A stretch of DNA of 63,981 nt, filler included, from Octopus bimaculoides (lineage: Eukaryota): the NCBI RefSeq assembly GCF_001194135.2. It is 5 parts of 5 records of this genome, joined end to end, with 100 filler letters (N's around TTAATTAATTAA, not from the genome) between each part and the next. Parts side by side here need not be neighbours in the genome. Positions count along the whole stretch, not along the records: positions 20,294 to 47,501 come from NC_069009.1; 4 more parts are not named here. One strand, written 5' to 3'. The stretch's first letter is position 1. Each line of letters opens with the position of its first letter. The notes beneath the pieces were generated by a model. It was given only the letters and a program-made list of their open reading frames with translations, searched no databases and was not told the DNA's origin. The position numbers and the translations under genes were made by a program. Below, in pieces: positions 25,878 to 38,641 of this stretch.

Positions 25878-26025
25878 ATAATTAAGGGATCAGCAACAGT
25901 TGCTTCACCACATACCGAAGTTCAGAAATAGAAGCTAAAGTGCTGAAATTCCAACAGATAGCATTACTTGTAACTCACAAAGGCAAAACAAGAAGAAAAA
26001 ATAACGAACCAAACCAGTTGTAGTT

Positions 26026-26086
26026 TATCATAGACGCGTTTCTGGCTTAGAAGAGAAAAACCCTTCATTTCCTCATCAGTATGATA
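26026..26086 (-). ncRNA. Minimal type I hammerhead ribozyme motif
   Basis: UAUCAUA-CUGAUGA-GG...CC-A-GAAAC-GC-GUC/UAUGAUA: 7-bp helix I, palindromic helix III ACGCGU, one extra A before GAAA. Confidence 0.65.
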
Positions 26087-27004
26087 TTCCAGTTGCAAAT
26101 TCGACGATGCTAGCAATTGTGCATGCATGACCGAGCGACATCATGCATCGGCACAATTTGAAACCATCTCCGAACCTACATAGGCCAGCCAGTTCTTATC
26201 CCTCCTCAAGAATTACCATGTGCGTTACAAGCAATACCGCAGAAAATCTGCGGTTTACTATCAGGGAGTGAATAATTATTACAAATAAAAGTTAAAGTAT
26301 ATATACACACACACACATATATATACAAACATATACACAAACATACACACACACTGAAAATGTTTTGAGCTTACAGCTTACATAAGCATCTCACTGTGAT
26401 GGAAGCACATCACATCTTGAGGTCAGACATAGGTGAACATCAACAATAAACAGCATATTCATACATATTTATACAGGCCAAAATTAATAGACATCAAAAT
26501 AGTAGCATTACACAAGGAAATGGAGATTATATAAACTGATCTAACTGTATGTAGGTGCAGGCCTGGCTGTGTGGTAAGAAGCTTGCTTCCCAACCACATG
26601 GTTCTGGGTTCAGTCCCACTGCATGGCATCTTGGGCAAGTGTCTTCTACTATAGCCTCAGGCCAACAAAAGCCTTGTGAGGGGATTTGATAGATGGAAAC
26701 TGAAAGGAGCTTGTTGCAGGTGTATGTGTGTGTGTGTACACAATAAAGTTGTGTGTGTGCATGTGTTTGTCCTGCACCAATGCTACACAACCAGTGTTGG
26801 CTTTTTTATGTCCCCGTAACTTAGTAATTCAGCAAAAGTATTCAGCAATGGGACCAAACCTGGAACCATGTGTTTGGGAAGCAAGCTTCTTACCACACAG
26901 CCACACCTGATATATTTTTGTACTGGATGCAGCTCAAGGGCTGTGGCCATGCTGGGGCACCACTGTTAGCTTTGCTGCGCTTTTGCTAAACCTCCTCTGA
27001 TATG

Positions 27005-27540
27005 TGGCATTTGGTGAATGAGGGAGTTTGACGTTGCTGCCCCTATCTGCCTTTCTTGCCTTGAGGTAGGTTCATCTGGAACTCTTGACAGAAGGAGATC
27101 CAGTTTTGTTTTGAAGATGCCTACACCCACCCTATGTAGGCCTTTCAGACTTTATAGGAAGATTTTGATGAGCTGTGGACCCTTGAAACCCAAGTTGTTT
27201 TAGCATCTGGTCCTATATCCTGATGGCAATGTTGGGATAAAGGCTGTGAGCTGGCAGAAACGTTAGCATGCCGGGCGAAATGATTAGCGGTATTTCGTCT
27301 GTCTTTATGTTCTGAGTTCTAATTTCGCCAAGGCTGACTTTGCCTTTCATCCTTTTGGGGTCGATAAATTAAGTACCAGTTGCATACTGGGGGTTGATCT
27401 AATCGACTGCCCCCCCCCCTCCCCCAAAATTTCAGACCTTGTGCCTGGAGTAGAAAAGAATGTTGGGATTTTTGGTACTATGCAGTGGCGCCCCCTTCTG
27501 TTATTTGTATAACTTTCATTGATAAAAAATTTGGCATGAT
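27005..27540 (-). mobile_element. CR1/Jockey-like LINE 3' end, interrupted by a SINE
   Basis: Minus strand encodes FKTKLDLLLSRVPDEPTSRQ; a homologous copy lies at 51835-52080. Confidence 0.65.
27239..27458 (+). mobile_element. SINE with 11-bp target-site duplication
   Basis: AATGTTGGGAT at 27228-27238 and 27459-27469 flanks a GACTTTGCCTTTCATCC-core SINE. Confidence 0.85.
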
Positions 27541-28388
27541 GATACATGACAGACTTGTTTTTAATTTCTCTCTACCAAATCCACTCACAAGGTTTCGGCC
27601 GACCTGGGGCTATAGCAGAACACACTTCTCCAAGGTGCCAAAGTGTGGGACTGAACCTGGAACCATGTGGGTGGGAAGCAAAAGTCGTGCCACAATGAAA
27701 CAACAATATACTTTGTCATATTGATTGCCATATAAACACTCTGGTGTTGATAGTCAGTTCAATAACAACATTGGCTTGTTAGCAATATGCGTATGTATAT
27801 GTGTGTATATATATATATATAAATAAATAATTACATATATATATATGTATATATTTATTAGTGAAATATATGGATATACATATATATTACATGAAGCCTG
27901 TATTTAGCAAACAAGTTATTTATCAGCAATAGATATTGATAATCCTGTCATTTAGTTTGATCTATGATGGTTATTAATGTTTGGGCATCGTTAATAAAGA
28001 TTATCGCAGAAAATAATTATGGAAGATATTGTGTAATTATGGTAGGAACGCATACATCCATATATGTACTTATAGGTGTTTATACATCTTTGTGTACTGA
28101 CATAAATTAACACAATTCATCACCGTCATCATCATCATCTTATACACACACACACACACATGTATGTATATATATACACATATACGCACAATGTTCATAC
28201 GCATATGCATATATGTGTGAGTGTGTGTGTGTATGTATAGATATATGTATATAGGTATATAGATATATATGCATGTAAATACATGTGTGTATACGTCTAT
28301 AAATATATGTGAACACACATGCACACAAACTCATACACACACACATGTAGATGTGTGTGTATACGTATGTAAATAAGTTTCTATAATA

Positions 28389-28419
<31 letters not shown>

Positions 28420-29382
28420 NNNNNNNNNNTATATGTAATTACATATGTCTGTATATGCCTGCATACACAACACACACACACACACATATATACACACATA
28501 TATTAACTATCCTAAGTAACTTTACTCCTTGACTTCTTCATTTTCAACACTTCTCTCCACCATTCTGCATCATGCTATTCTTTCAGATTCTGTTTCATCT
28601 CTATACATTTCTTATCAAGCCAGTCTTTATGCTTACCAGTTGAGGGCCTTAAACACTCCGCAGTCGTGTTGTACACTATCTCAGAAAAGTACCACCCACG
28701 CCAATTCCACATCCTTGCTATTAAGCATGGTAGACTCGGAGCATTTTCCCCAAGGTGTCAGCAAATGTTTATTTAAAATTGTGGACTCGCAGTGTGTTTT
28801 TCAAGTTTTTTTGAAGAATGCTTGATGTTGCTATCCTCAACTCATTTACATTTAAGCATTTTGGTGCTTCCATTCCCTGAGTACATCTCTTGATCTGGAT
28901 GTGGAGTTTGAGTTTGGGGTCAATGAAGCAGTGCTCAATCCAACACTCACAGCCAAACATGGCCTTCATGACTCCTACATCCTACTCGTCCTCTTTGACA
29001 ATGACATAAGTGATGAGATGTCAGTGCTTGGAGTGATGGTACTTCCACAGTGGCGTGTAAAAAGCACCCACTACACTCACGAAGTGGTTGGCATTAGGAA
29101 GAGCATCCAGCTGTAGAAACTCTGCCAGATCAGATTGGAGCCTGGTGCAGCCTCCTGGCTTCCCAGACCCCAATCAAACTGTCCAACTCATGCTAGCATG
29201 GAAAACAGATGTTAAACGATGATGATGATACATATATATCTATATCTATATATNNNNNNNNNNNNNNNNNNNNNNNNNNNNNNNNNNNNNNNNNNNNNNN
29301 NNNNNNNNNNNNNNNNNNNNNNNNNNNNNNNNNNNNNNNNNNNNNNNNNNNNNNNNNNNNNNNNNNNNNNNNNNNNNNNNNN

Positions 29383-29417
<35 letters not shown>

Positions 29418-29418
<1 letters not shown>

Positions 29419-29578
29419 CGACAGGCTTCTTTCAGTTTTCGTCTACCAAATTTACTCACAAGGCTTTGGTCAGTCTGAAGCTATAGTAGAAGGCACTTGC
29501 CCAAGGTGCCATGCAGTGGAACTGAAATGGGAACCATGTGGTTGGGAAGCAAGCTTCTTACCACACAGCCACTCCTGC
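29418..29578 (-). mobile_element. SINE head copy; further copies near 3728-3871, 18219-18362, 25400-25555, 26555-26712, 37780-37920, 38070-38220, 44350-44510, 45720-45880 and 46872-47030
   Basis: Recurring GGTAAGAAGCTTGCTTCCCAACCACATGG...GGAAACTGAAAGAAGC consensus. Confidence 0.85.
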
Positions 29579-29603
29579 ATATATATATACATATACACAC
29601 ATG

Positions 29604-29817
29604 TAGAGGTGCTGGAAAGTTCCTGGCTTTAAAGGTATCACAAAAGGCCTGGTTGGAGGCCTAACATTTCGAGTTCTTTTACAGGGCTTAAGGAAAACTG
29701 AGGGACCATTGAAATAAGTGTGTGAATCTGAGAGGGGAATATGTTAAATAAGATCATATTTTACTGATCCTCATGTATTTTCTTTTACCCAAAACCAGGA
29801 ACTATTCAGCAGCTCAT
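29604..29817 (+). mobile_element. Mariner-derived non-autonomous element (MITE)
   Basis: Imperfect 25-bp TIRs (29606-29630 and 29791-29815); internal remnant of a transposase C-terminus (NKCVNLRGEYV). Confidence 0.75.
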
Positions 29818-29829
29818 CGTGGCCACCAA

Positions 29830-30310
29830 GCCTCACATACTGCACCAATTGAGCATTCTTTAACCTCAGGAAGCTTCAAGCAAAAACCATCTTCTGTTCC
29901 TAGCAGGGAGCTGGAGGTCGATGCTTGTAATTAGCAAGCCATTTTGTATACCGTTGCCATTGCTGTTTCAAGCCCCATGTTTTTCAATGTCTCCTTTCCA
30001 GGAGAAGCTGTCACAGTCAAATCTCTCATTGATCTCACCATGAAAGTTGCTCCCCCACCTTCTGTTCTGTTTCGTGTTTACAGCCATAGCCACAGATGTC
30101 CTCAAAGACACAGATACAGGAACCGGCTTCTCATACCATACTGCTTGTTCATTCTTTAACCCCGGGCGGCTTCAAGCAAAAGAACCTTGGTTGCAACAGA
30201 CACCATCTGTGTTTGCCTGTCTGATAATGACTGTGCTCTTGAAGCTGCCTTCCAAGCTGAGGTGCAGCACAGTGCAGGCAAGTTCTCCGACACTTGTAAC
30301 AACTTAGTTA
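29830..30310 (+). mobile_element. Degenerate RTE LINE reverse transcriptase remnant
   Basis: FFNPGRLQAK and LSDNDCALEAAFQAEVQHSAGKFSDTC resemble LFNLRRL and LFADDCAL of RTE RT. Confidence 0.7.
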
Positions 30311-30479
30311 AAGTCAGCTGGGGGGGTGGGGGATTAAAATACAGTATGGTTCAAATACTGGGGTCAGTATAATTGTTTGACACCCTTCTCCAAATTTGTG
30401 GCTTTGAAGCCATTTTAGAAACATTTTATTAGTTACATCATGATAGATAAATGAAGAGATAGGTAGATAAATGAAAGAA

Positions 30480-30815
30480 GGATAGATCGATAGATAGATA
30501 GATCGATAGATAGATAGATCGATAGATAGAGTGAGTGAGAGAGAGAGAGAGTGAGTGAGAGAGAGAGAGAGAGAGAGATGACAAATAGATAGATGGATAA
30601 GATGAATAGATAGACAGATAGAGGAATAAATAGATAGACAGATAGATAGATAGAGAGATAGAGAGATAGATAGGTAGATAGATAGACAGATGGATAGGTG
30701 GATGGATGAATGGATGGATGGATGGATGGATGGATGGATGGATAGATAGATAGATAGATAGATAGGCAGATGGATGGACGGATAGACAGACAGACGGACT
30801 GATTGATTGATTGCC
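30480..30815. repeat. Compound (GATA)n/(GA)n/(GGAT)n microsatellite
   Basis: Direct reading. Confidence 0.95.
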
Positions 30816-30943
30816 CCTTGAATACTGCCTTTGTAGATTTTTACATCTGAAGAATCAAAAGTTTCAGCACAATAGACATTTCATTATGTAATTTTCAAAC
30901 CAATCCTGGAATTTCCATAGGCACTGCTAATTATTATTACAAC

Positions 30944-31030
<87 letters not shown>

Positions 31031-32709
31031 TACTAGGGTGGGGATCTGGCAGAACTCTTAGCAGACTGGGTGAAGTGCATGCCATCAAAGTCACACTGGG
31101 GTACAAATATACGAAGCCCAGTATACCCATCATGACTACCCGTCTGATAAGGGTACACCAGGCACATGCATCACAACCATATGTGTGCGACATGGTGATC
31201 TCATATCAAGATAAACAGCGCATGACCTTGCAGTTGGGGCCCAGTTAGAACTTTCTTCAGGTTGAGTAGGCCATTCCGCTCAAAAGGTCCCTGAATAAGG
31301 TTTGCTTTAAGGATGATAAACAAAACACCCATGTTTCCAAAAATTTCAGGCCTTGTGCCTTTAGTAGAAAAGATTATTATTATTATTATTATTATCATTA
31401 TTATTATTATTATTAATAAAGGTGGCAAGCTGACATAATTGTTAGCATGTTGGACAAAGTGCTTAGCAGTATTTTGCCCTTGGCTAAATTCTGAGTTCAA
31501 ATTCTGCGAAGGTTGACTTTGCCATTCATCCTTTTGGAGTCGCTAAAATAAGTACCAGTTGAACACTGGGGTCGATGTAATCAACTAGTCCCCTCCCTGC
31601 AAATTTCAGACCTTCTGTCTTTAGTAGAAAGGATTGTTATTATTATTAATATTATTACCATTAAGGTGGTGAGCTGACAAAATTATTAGCATGCCATGTT
31701 TTTAGTTCTGATTTCAAACTCCACCGAGGTGACTTTCAGGGCCAATAAAATAAATACCAGTTGAGTACTTGGGTTGATGTACTCGACTTACCCCCATCCC
31801 CTGAATTTGCTGGCCTTGTGCCAAAATTTAAAACCATTTTTATTGTTGTTGTTGTTATTTTGCTCACAAAACCTCTTCTGCAGGCTGACATTCTATAACT
31901 AGATAAATTTAAACATCCTTCACTTAATAAAATTAATAGATGTTTTGATGAATACTTTCCACTGCAATTATTCATAGCCTCCGTAATTTATTTTTCTTTA
32001 TCATAAAATTTATTAATGATATCTCTATGTGGACAGTAATCACTACTCAATGTAAACGATATGATTATTGATAAACTATAAAACCATATTTTGTGGAACG
32101 AATGTAATGGTTTGTATATTTTTACTAACCAGTTAATATAGTTAATTTATTTCACATAAAAAATAGACGGAGTGTTTTCTTAGCTGGTCGAAATAACGAC
32201 GGGTGTTGTCGTCGTTGTTTCATGTCTTTCATAAGAGCTAAAAGATATATTCTGTTAAAGGGACCGCTTGAATTATTTTGTTTTTGTACATACAAGCAGT
32301 CGCGCTGATGTACACACACACACACACACACAAAATATTTCTTTGCTCTCACCTTTACCTCCTCTACTAAGCAAATGCACATCTACATACATACAGGCAT
32401 TTAGTTAATTCTTGGACAGGCTCAGAGCAGACCTTGGGGAAAAAGGGAAGCCACTGTAAAGGCCTTGAACAGCAACCGAGGGACCTTGGCAAACAAACAA
32501 CTTATCGCTTGTGTAACCAGCACATTTAACAAACGATCGATTAATTAGTTGGTTAGATATCTAACCAGTTAACTGGTTAGATATTACAGAAGTGATATCG
32601 AACCAGTGCATGTGTTATTATTAGTGAAGTGACCCTCCCAAGACACAAAGTCTTTAATTATGCTGCCGGTAAAAATTTTGTTAATCCTGCACCTACCTTC
32701 TTTTAATAG

Positions 32710-33430
32710 TAAAGACCCCCTTTCGGTCATGAATGATGGGATTGCGATTAGAAAGTTCCCCTCTGTAGTACAAGTCTGGGCAAGGTTATTTATGGAAGAC
32801 CAGCAGTTACCAATGCATACCAGCCTCCCCTCTCCCGTCTCCACACCATTATATGTACCCCCATTGGTCATGAATGACCCTGAGATTGCACCTAGAAAAT
32901 TCCCTTCTGAGGCACAAGTCCAGGCAAGGTTGTTTATGGATGACCAGTAGTCACCCATGCATACCAGCCTCCTCTCCCCACACCATTATATGTACATAGG
33001 GTAAAAGGGTAAAGACCCCCATTGATCATGAATGATTGCCAGATTGCTCTTAGAAAATTCCCTTCTGAGGCACAGGTTTGGCCATGCATACCAGCCTCCT
33101 CTCTCCACGTCATTATATGTACATGGGGTAAAGGGTAAAGATCCCCTTTGGTCATGATTGACCATGGGATTGCACTAGAAAGATCCCTTCCAAGGTACAA
33201 GCCCAGGCAAGATTTGTTTATAGAAGACCAGCAGTCATTCATGCATACCAGCCTCCATGTCACTGATGTTATCCATGGGAAAGGCAAAGGCCAATGCATT
33301 TCGGCTCCATCAGTGATGTCACAAATCATTTCTAGAGCTGAGTGAATTGGAGCAATGTGAAATAAAGTGTCTTGCTCAAGAACACAACACACAGCCTGGT
33401 CTGGGAATCGAACTCACTACCTCATAATTG
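32710..33430 (-). mobile_element. tRNA-derived SINE with a roughly 140-bp 3' unit repeated four times
   Basis: B-box and TGTGTTCTTGAGCAAGACACTT core at the right end; units start near 32711, 32858, 33011 and 33137. Confidence 0.75.
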
Positions 33431-33947
33431 TGCCGACAGCTGTTTCCATACCCAATGAATTCAATTACAGAAATAATCATATACTCAACTAATTGATATA
33501 TTTAGCTAATCTCTCCTTCACACTTTGTCTATAACATTCTCCTCCATTCACTTGTTTTTATCTATCATTCTCTCCATAATATCAATATCTTAACTACCAT
33601 AACACCATCAGTGAACTATTGAGTATCATATTTGTGCTCATGCAAATGTTGAATGTGTTTATATATATATATATATATATATATNNNNNNNNNNNNNNNN
33701 NNNNNNNNNNNNNNNNNNNNNNNNNNNNNNNNNNNNNNNNNNNNNNNNNNNNNNNNNNNNNNNNNNNNNNNNNNNNNNNNNNNNNNNNNNNNNNNNNNNN
33801 NNNNNNNNNNNNNNNNNNNNNNNNNNNNNNNNNNNNNNNNNNNNNNNNNNNNNNNNNNNNNNNNNNNNNNNNNNNNNNNNNNNNNNNNNNNNNNNNNNNN
33901 NNNNNNNNCAGAAGAATTTTTATTCATTAAGATAGAAGAAATACACA

Positions 33948-33983
<36 letters not shown>

Positions 33984-34347
33984 TAGATAAATGTATGTGT
34001 GTGTATATGTTTATTTGTCTTTGTTTGTCCCCTCCCCCCCAACATCAGTTGACAACCGATGCTGGTGTGTTTACATCCCCGTCACCTAGCAGTTCGGCAA
34101 AAGAGACCAACAGAATAAGTTCTAGGCTTACAAAAAATGAGTCCTGGGGGTGATTTGTTTGACTAAAGGCGGTGCTCCAGCATTGCTGCAGTCAAATGAC
34201 TGAAACAAGTAAAAAAGTATACATACATATATGTAGAATATAATTAAGATTCAGTTGGGTTAGGTACTTAAATTGAGGCAACAAGCCCGTTGGGTATAGT
34301 CAACACAGCTCCAAGTTAGGTGAGCAGAATGTAAATATATATATATA

Positions 34348-34420
<73 letters not shown>

Positions 34421-35509
34421 CACAGAATTTTGTCAGTGAACAGGTCGCGGTCTCAAAGCGACGAAAATATTTTGACAAATTAAATTTAAATGTTGAAGTG
34501 AATCTGACGGATTTTGTGTGTTATTTTAAATGGCTTATAAACACCTTCCACGCTGCAATTGTTTTCGTTCCAGCACACGATCTCAGATCAGGTCACTTGC
34601 TNNNNNNNNNNNNNNNNNNNNNNNNNNNNNNNNNNNNNNNNNNNNNNNNNNNNNNNNNNNNNNNNNNNNNNNNNNNNNNNNNNNNNNNNNNNNNNNNNNN
34701 NNNNNNNNNNNNNNNNNNNNNNNNNNNNNNNNNNNNNNNNNNNNNNNNNNNNNNNNNNNNNNNNNNNNNNNNNNNNNNNNNNNNNNNNNNNNNNNNNNNN
34801 NNNNNNNNNNNNNNNNNNNNNNNNNNNNNNNNNNNNNNNNNNNNNNNNNNNNNNNNNNNNNNNNNNNNNNNNNNNNNNNNNNNNNNNNNNNNNNNNNNNN
34901 NNNNNNNNNNNNNNNNNNNNNNNNNNNNNNNNNNNNNNNNNNNNNNNNNNNNNNNNNNNNNNNNNNNNNNNNNNNNNNNNNNNNNNNNNNNNNNNNNNNN
35001 NNNNNNNNNNNNNNNNNNNNNNNNNNNNNNNNNNNNNNNNNNNNNNNNNNNNNNNNNNNNNNNNNNNNNNNNNNNNNNNNNNNNNNNNNNNNNNNNNNNN
35101 NNNNNNNNNNNNNNNNNNNNNNNNNNNNNNNNNNNNNNNNNNNNNNNNNNNNNNNNNNNNNNNNNNNNNNNNNNNNNNNNNNNNNNNNNNNNNNNNNNNN
35201 NNNNNNNNNNNNNNNNNNNNNNNNNNNNNNNNNNNNNNNNNNNNNNNNNNNNNNNNNNNNNNNNNNNNNNNNNNNNNNNNNNNNNNNNNNNNNNNNNNNN
35301 NNNNNNNNNNNNNNNNNNNNNNNNNNNNNNNNNNNNNNNNNNNNNNNNNNNNNNNNNNNNNNNNNNNNNNNNNNNNNNNNNNNNNNNNNNNNNNNNNNNN
35401 NNNNNNNNNNNNNNNNNNNNNNNNNNNNNNNNNNNNNNNNNNNNNNNNNNNNNNNNNNNNNNNNNNNNNNNNNNNNNNNNNNNNNNNNNNNNNNNNNNNN
35501 NNNNNNNNN

Positions 35510-35566
<57 letters not shown>

Positions 35567-36677
35567 TTGTGTGTGTGTGTACAGACTGTGACCAGTTCTG
35601 TTGAGGAATGAAGCAGACACATGGTGACAATGTCTTTTGATGTCCTACCAACTTCACAAACATTCGCTGCTTCACAGCATTGTTTGTGATTGCCACCAGT
35701 GCAAGCAAAAATACCACCCTTTTCTTCTTCTTCTTCTTCTTCTTCTTCCAATTCTTCTTCTTCTACTCCTTCTTCTTCTTCTTCTTCCATCTTTACATAT
35801 GTGTGTGTGTTTGTGTGAGTATGTACGAATGTATTCATACAGTTATATCCTCGCATACCATTCAAATCGCATGATAAATAACCAGTATTTAGAAATCTAT
35901 GCATTCCCAGTAATATTATTGTATTCATGTTGTGAATCTGGTGTTTGAGTATGTCACAGAATACAAGAGTACATGTAGAGAACAAAACAAAATAAAACAC
36001 AGAGGGAGCTACCAGCTGTTGAACACCATCTCAACAATGGTTATATCTTCCAACAATTCAATAATCCGGTAAAACTACATATAAATGTTACACATCTCTG
36101 ATGATTTGACAGTATGTTTTGGTTATGTAATGTATATCCTGTAAGTATCAGTCCTCTCTCCCATCTCTACCACCTCTCCTCCAGTCTAATTATCTGTATC
36201 ATTATTCACCCCTGCTCCGCTGTACCTTGAGAGTGCATCTCCATCAAATTCTCTCATTTTCTTTCTCTCTCTGGTCCATTCTGTCTTTCTCACTAATTCT
36301 CTCCTTGTCTCCCTCCTTTTCCACCTGTGGTACCCTTGTTACTCTTCTACAGTCAGGCACCAGTTTCTGTCCCTCTATTTTTTCTTTCTAACCCCCTCAT
36401 CACCTGGTACAAATCACTTCCCCCAATATTACTACATTCCTAGTTGAGGGGTTTTTGCCTTGGAAGCTATTTGGGAAATGTTACTGATGCTGGTGCCACA
36501 ATAAAGGTACCCTGTACATTTACAATCTATAACATGGTTAGTGTTAGGAAGACCATCCAGCTATAGAAAGCTGAAAATAGAGCTTAGCATATTTCTCTGG
36601 CTTGCCAGCTCTTGTCAAACCATCCAACCCATGTCAGCATGGAAAACAGATGTAAAAGGATGAGGATGATAAATAGA

Positions 36678-36841
36678 TGCAGGCATGGCTGTGTGGTAAG
36701 AACCTTACTTCCCAGCTACATGGTTCCCTTTTCAGTCCCACTGCATGGCACCAAAAAACAAGTGCTCTCCTGTAGCCTCAGGCCGACGAAAGCCTTGTTA
36801 GTGGATTTGATAGATGGAAACTGAAAGAAGCCATTCGTGTT

Positions 36842-36895
<54 letters not shown>

Positions 36896-37115
36896 TACAC
36901 ACACACATGTATATTTATGTGTGTGTGTCTTTGTGTCTGTGTTTGTCTTGTCACCATCACTTGACAACTGATGTTGGTGTATTTATGTCCCCGTAACTTA
37001 GCGGTTCGGCAAAAGAGCCCGATACAAAGAATAAAAATGAGGGTCGATTTCTGAACTAAAAGACTCTTCAATGTCGTGCTCCTGCATGGCCGCAATCAAA
37101 TGACTGACAAATAAA
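36678..37115 (+). mobile_element. tRNA-derived SINE: head, internal microsatellite, tail
   Basis: A-box/B-box-like head (TGGCTGTGTGG...CAGTCCC), then (TA)n(CA)n(TG)n, then the conserved ...CCCCGTAACTTAGCGGTTCGGC... tail. Confidence 0.8.
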
Positions 37116-37916
37116 AGAAAAACGAAAAAAATTCCAAATGTAATACAATCACTGGGGTGAAACTGTCCTAGTAGACCCTTCGAGGCTGTGCTCTAGCATG
37201 GCCACAGCCTAGCGACTGAAGCATGCAAAAGCATTACACAAGTGAATATTAGTGAGAGGAAGGACTTCTGGCTGTAGTTAACTTGTTTCAGATAATCTCC
37301 TGACCCATGCAAGCATGGAAAAGTGAATGTTAAACCATGATGATGATGATGGAGGTGTGTCTGTGTGTGTGGGGGTTTCTCAAACATGCATTGGGGGTTT
37401 TGTTCGTTAAAGTTAATTAAACAATAAGGTAGCCCCTCGTAAATTGCAGGATTTCTTAATTGGATGGTTTAATGTTTGTGCAAAGTTTTAATTAGGTGGC
37501 ATTATCTTTCTAAAGTCAACTACATTTAACTAATTACACCTGTGTTTAATTGCACAAATAGGTTAACTAACCCTGCCAACAATGATGACCACCGCCGTCA
37601 CCACTGGTCCAGCTACTCACCCCTTTCCTCACATGCCCCTCCCCACGCAACCAGCTTTGTATTGCAAAGGAATTTATCCCAGCTCCATGTCATTGAAATG
37701 GGAAAAATTGAAGAGATAAAGTATCGCATGACGATCTGTAAGAAACGAAAAATTACAAAGGAAATAGATGGAGGTTGCGTGTGTGGCTGTGTGGTAAGAA
37801 TCTTGCTTCCCAGCCGAATGGTTCTGAGTTCAGTCCCACTGTGTGACACCTTAGGCAAGTACCTTCTACTATAGCCTTGTGAGTGGGTTTGGTAGAAGGA
37901 AACTGAAAGAGGCCTG

Positions 37917-37955
<39 letters not shown>

Positions 37956-38254
37956 TATGTATTTATATATACACAAACACACATATATGCATACATATAT
38001 ATATATAAAAACACACACGTATGCATATATATATGTGTGTATATATGTATATATAGAGATAGATAGATAGGTATGTGTGGTAAGAAGCTTGCTTCCCAAC
38101 TACATGGTTCTGGGCTCAGTTTCACTGCATGACACTTTGGGCAAGTGTTTTCTCCTATATTCTTTGGCTAAGCAAAGCCTTGTGAGTTGGTTTGGTAGAT
38201 GGAAACTGAAAGAAGCCTGTTGTATATATTCACATATACACACATATATACGTA

Positions 38255-38427
38255 GTTGAGCAAATCGACCCCAGGACTTATTCTTTGGATGCCTAGTACT
38301 TATTCTATCAGTCGTTTTTGCCGAACCGCTAAGTTACAGGGACCTAAACACACCACCATCGGTTGTCAAGCGATGTTGGTGGTGGGGGGGGACACAGACA
38401 CACAGACATATACACACACATACATAT

Positions 38428-38476
<49 letters not shown>

Positions 38477-38641
38477 TACGACAGGCTTCTTTCAGTTTCC
38501 GTCTACCAAATCCACTCACAAGGCTTTGTTTGGCCCGAGGCTATAGTAGAAGACACTTGCCCAAGGTGCCACGCAGTGGGAATGAACCCGGAACCATTTG
38601 GTTGGTAAGCAAGCTACTTACCACACAGCCACACCTGCTCC
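38255..38641 (-). mobile_element. Same SINE family
   Basis: Head 38641-38478, microsatellite, tail. Confidence 0.85.

Noticed and set aside
32710-33260. CRISPR-like array or HDV-like ribozyme in the tandem units
   Set aside because: Whole units are homologous, with no unique spacers, in eukaryotic context; the HDV P1/P3/L3 topology could not be fitted.
35590-35730. Cys-rich minus-strand peptide FACTGGNHKQCCEAANV resembling a DB-module
   Set aside because: No credible acceptor or donor, embedded between simple repeats, and the similarity is too short.
34351-36000. Long ORFs of 300-470 aa in the track here and at 39380-40493, 51917-53062, 20716-21510 and 22849-23685
   Set aside because: Made of N gaps and microsatellite translations.
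36090-36140. CTGATGA motif in a possible Penelope-like tail
   Set aside because: No downstream GAAA or pairing helices.
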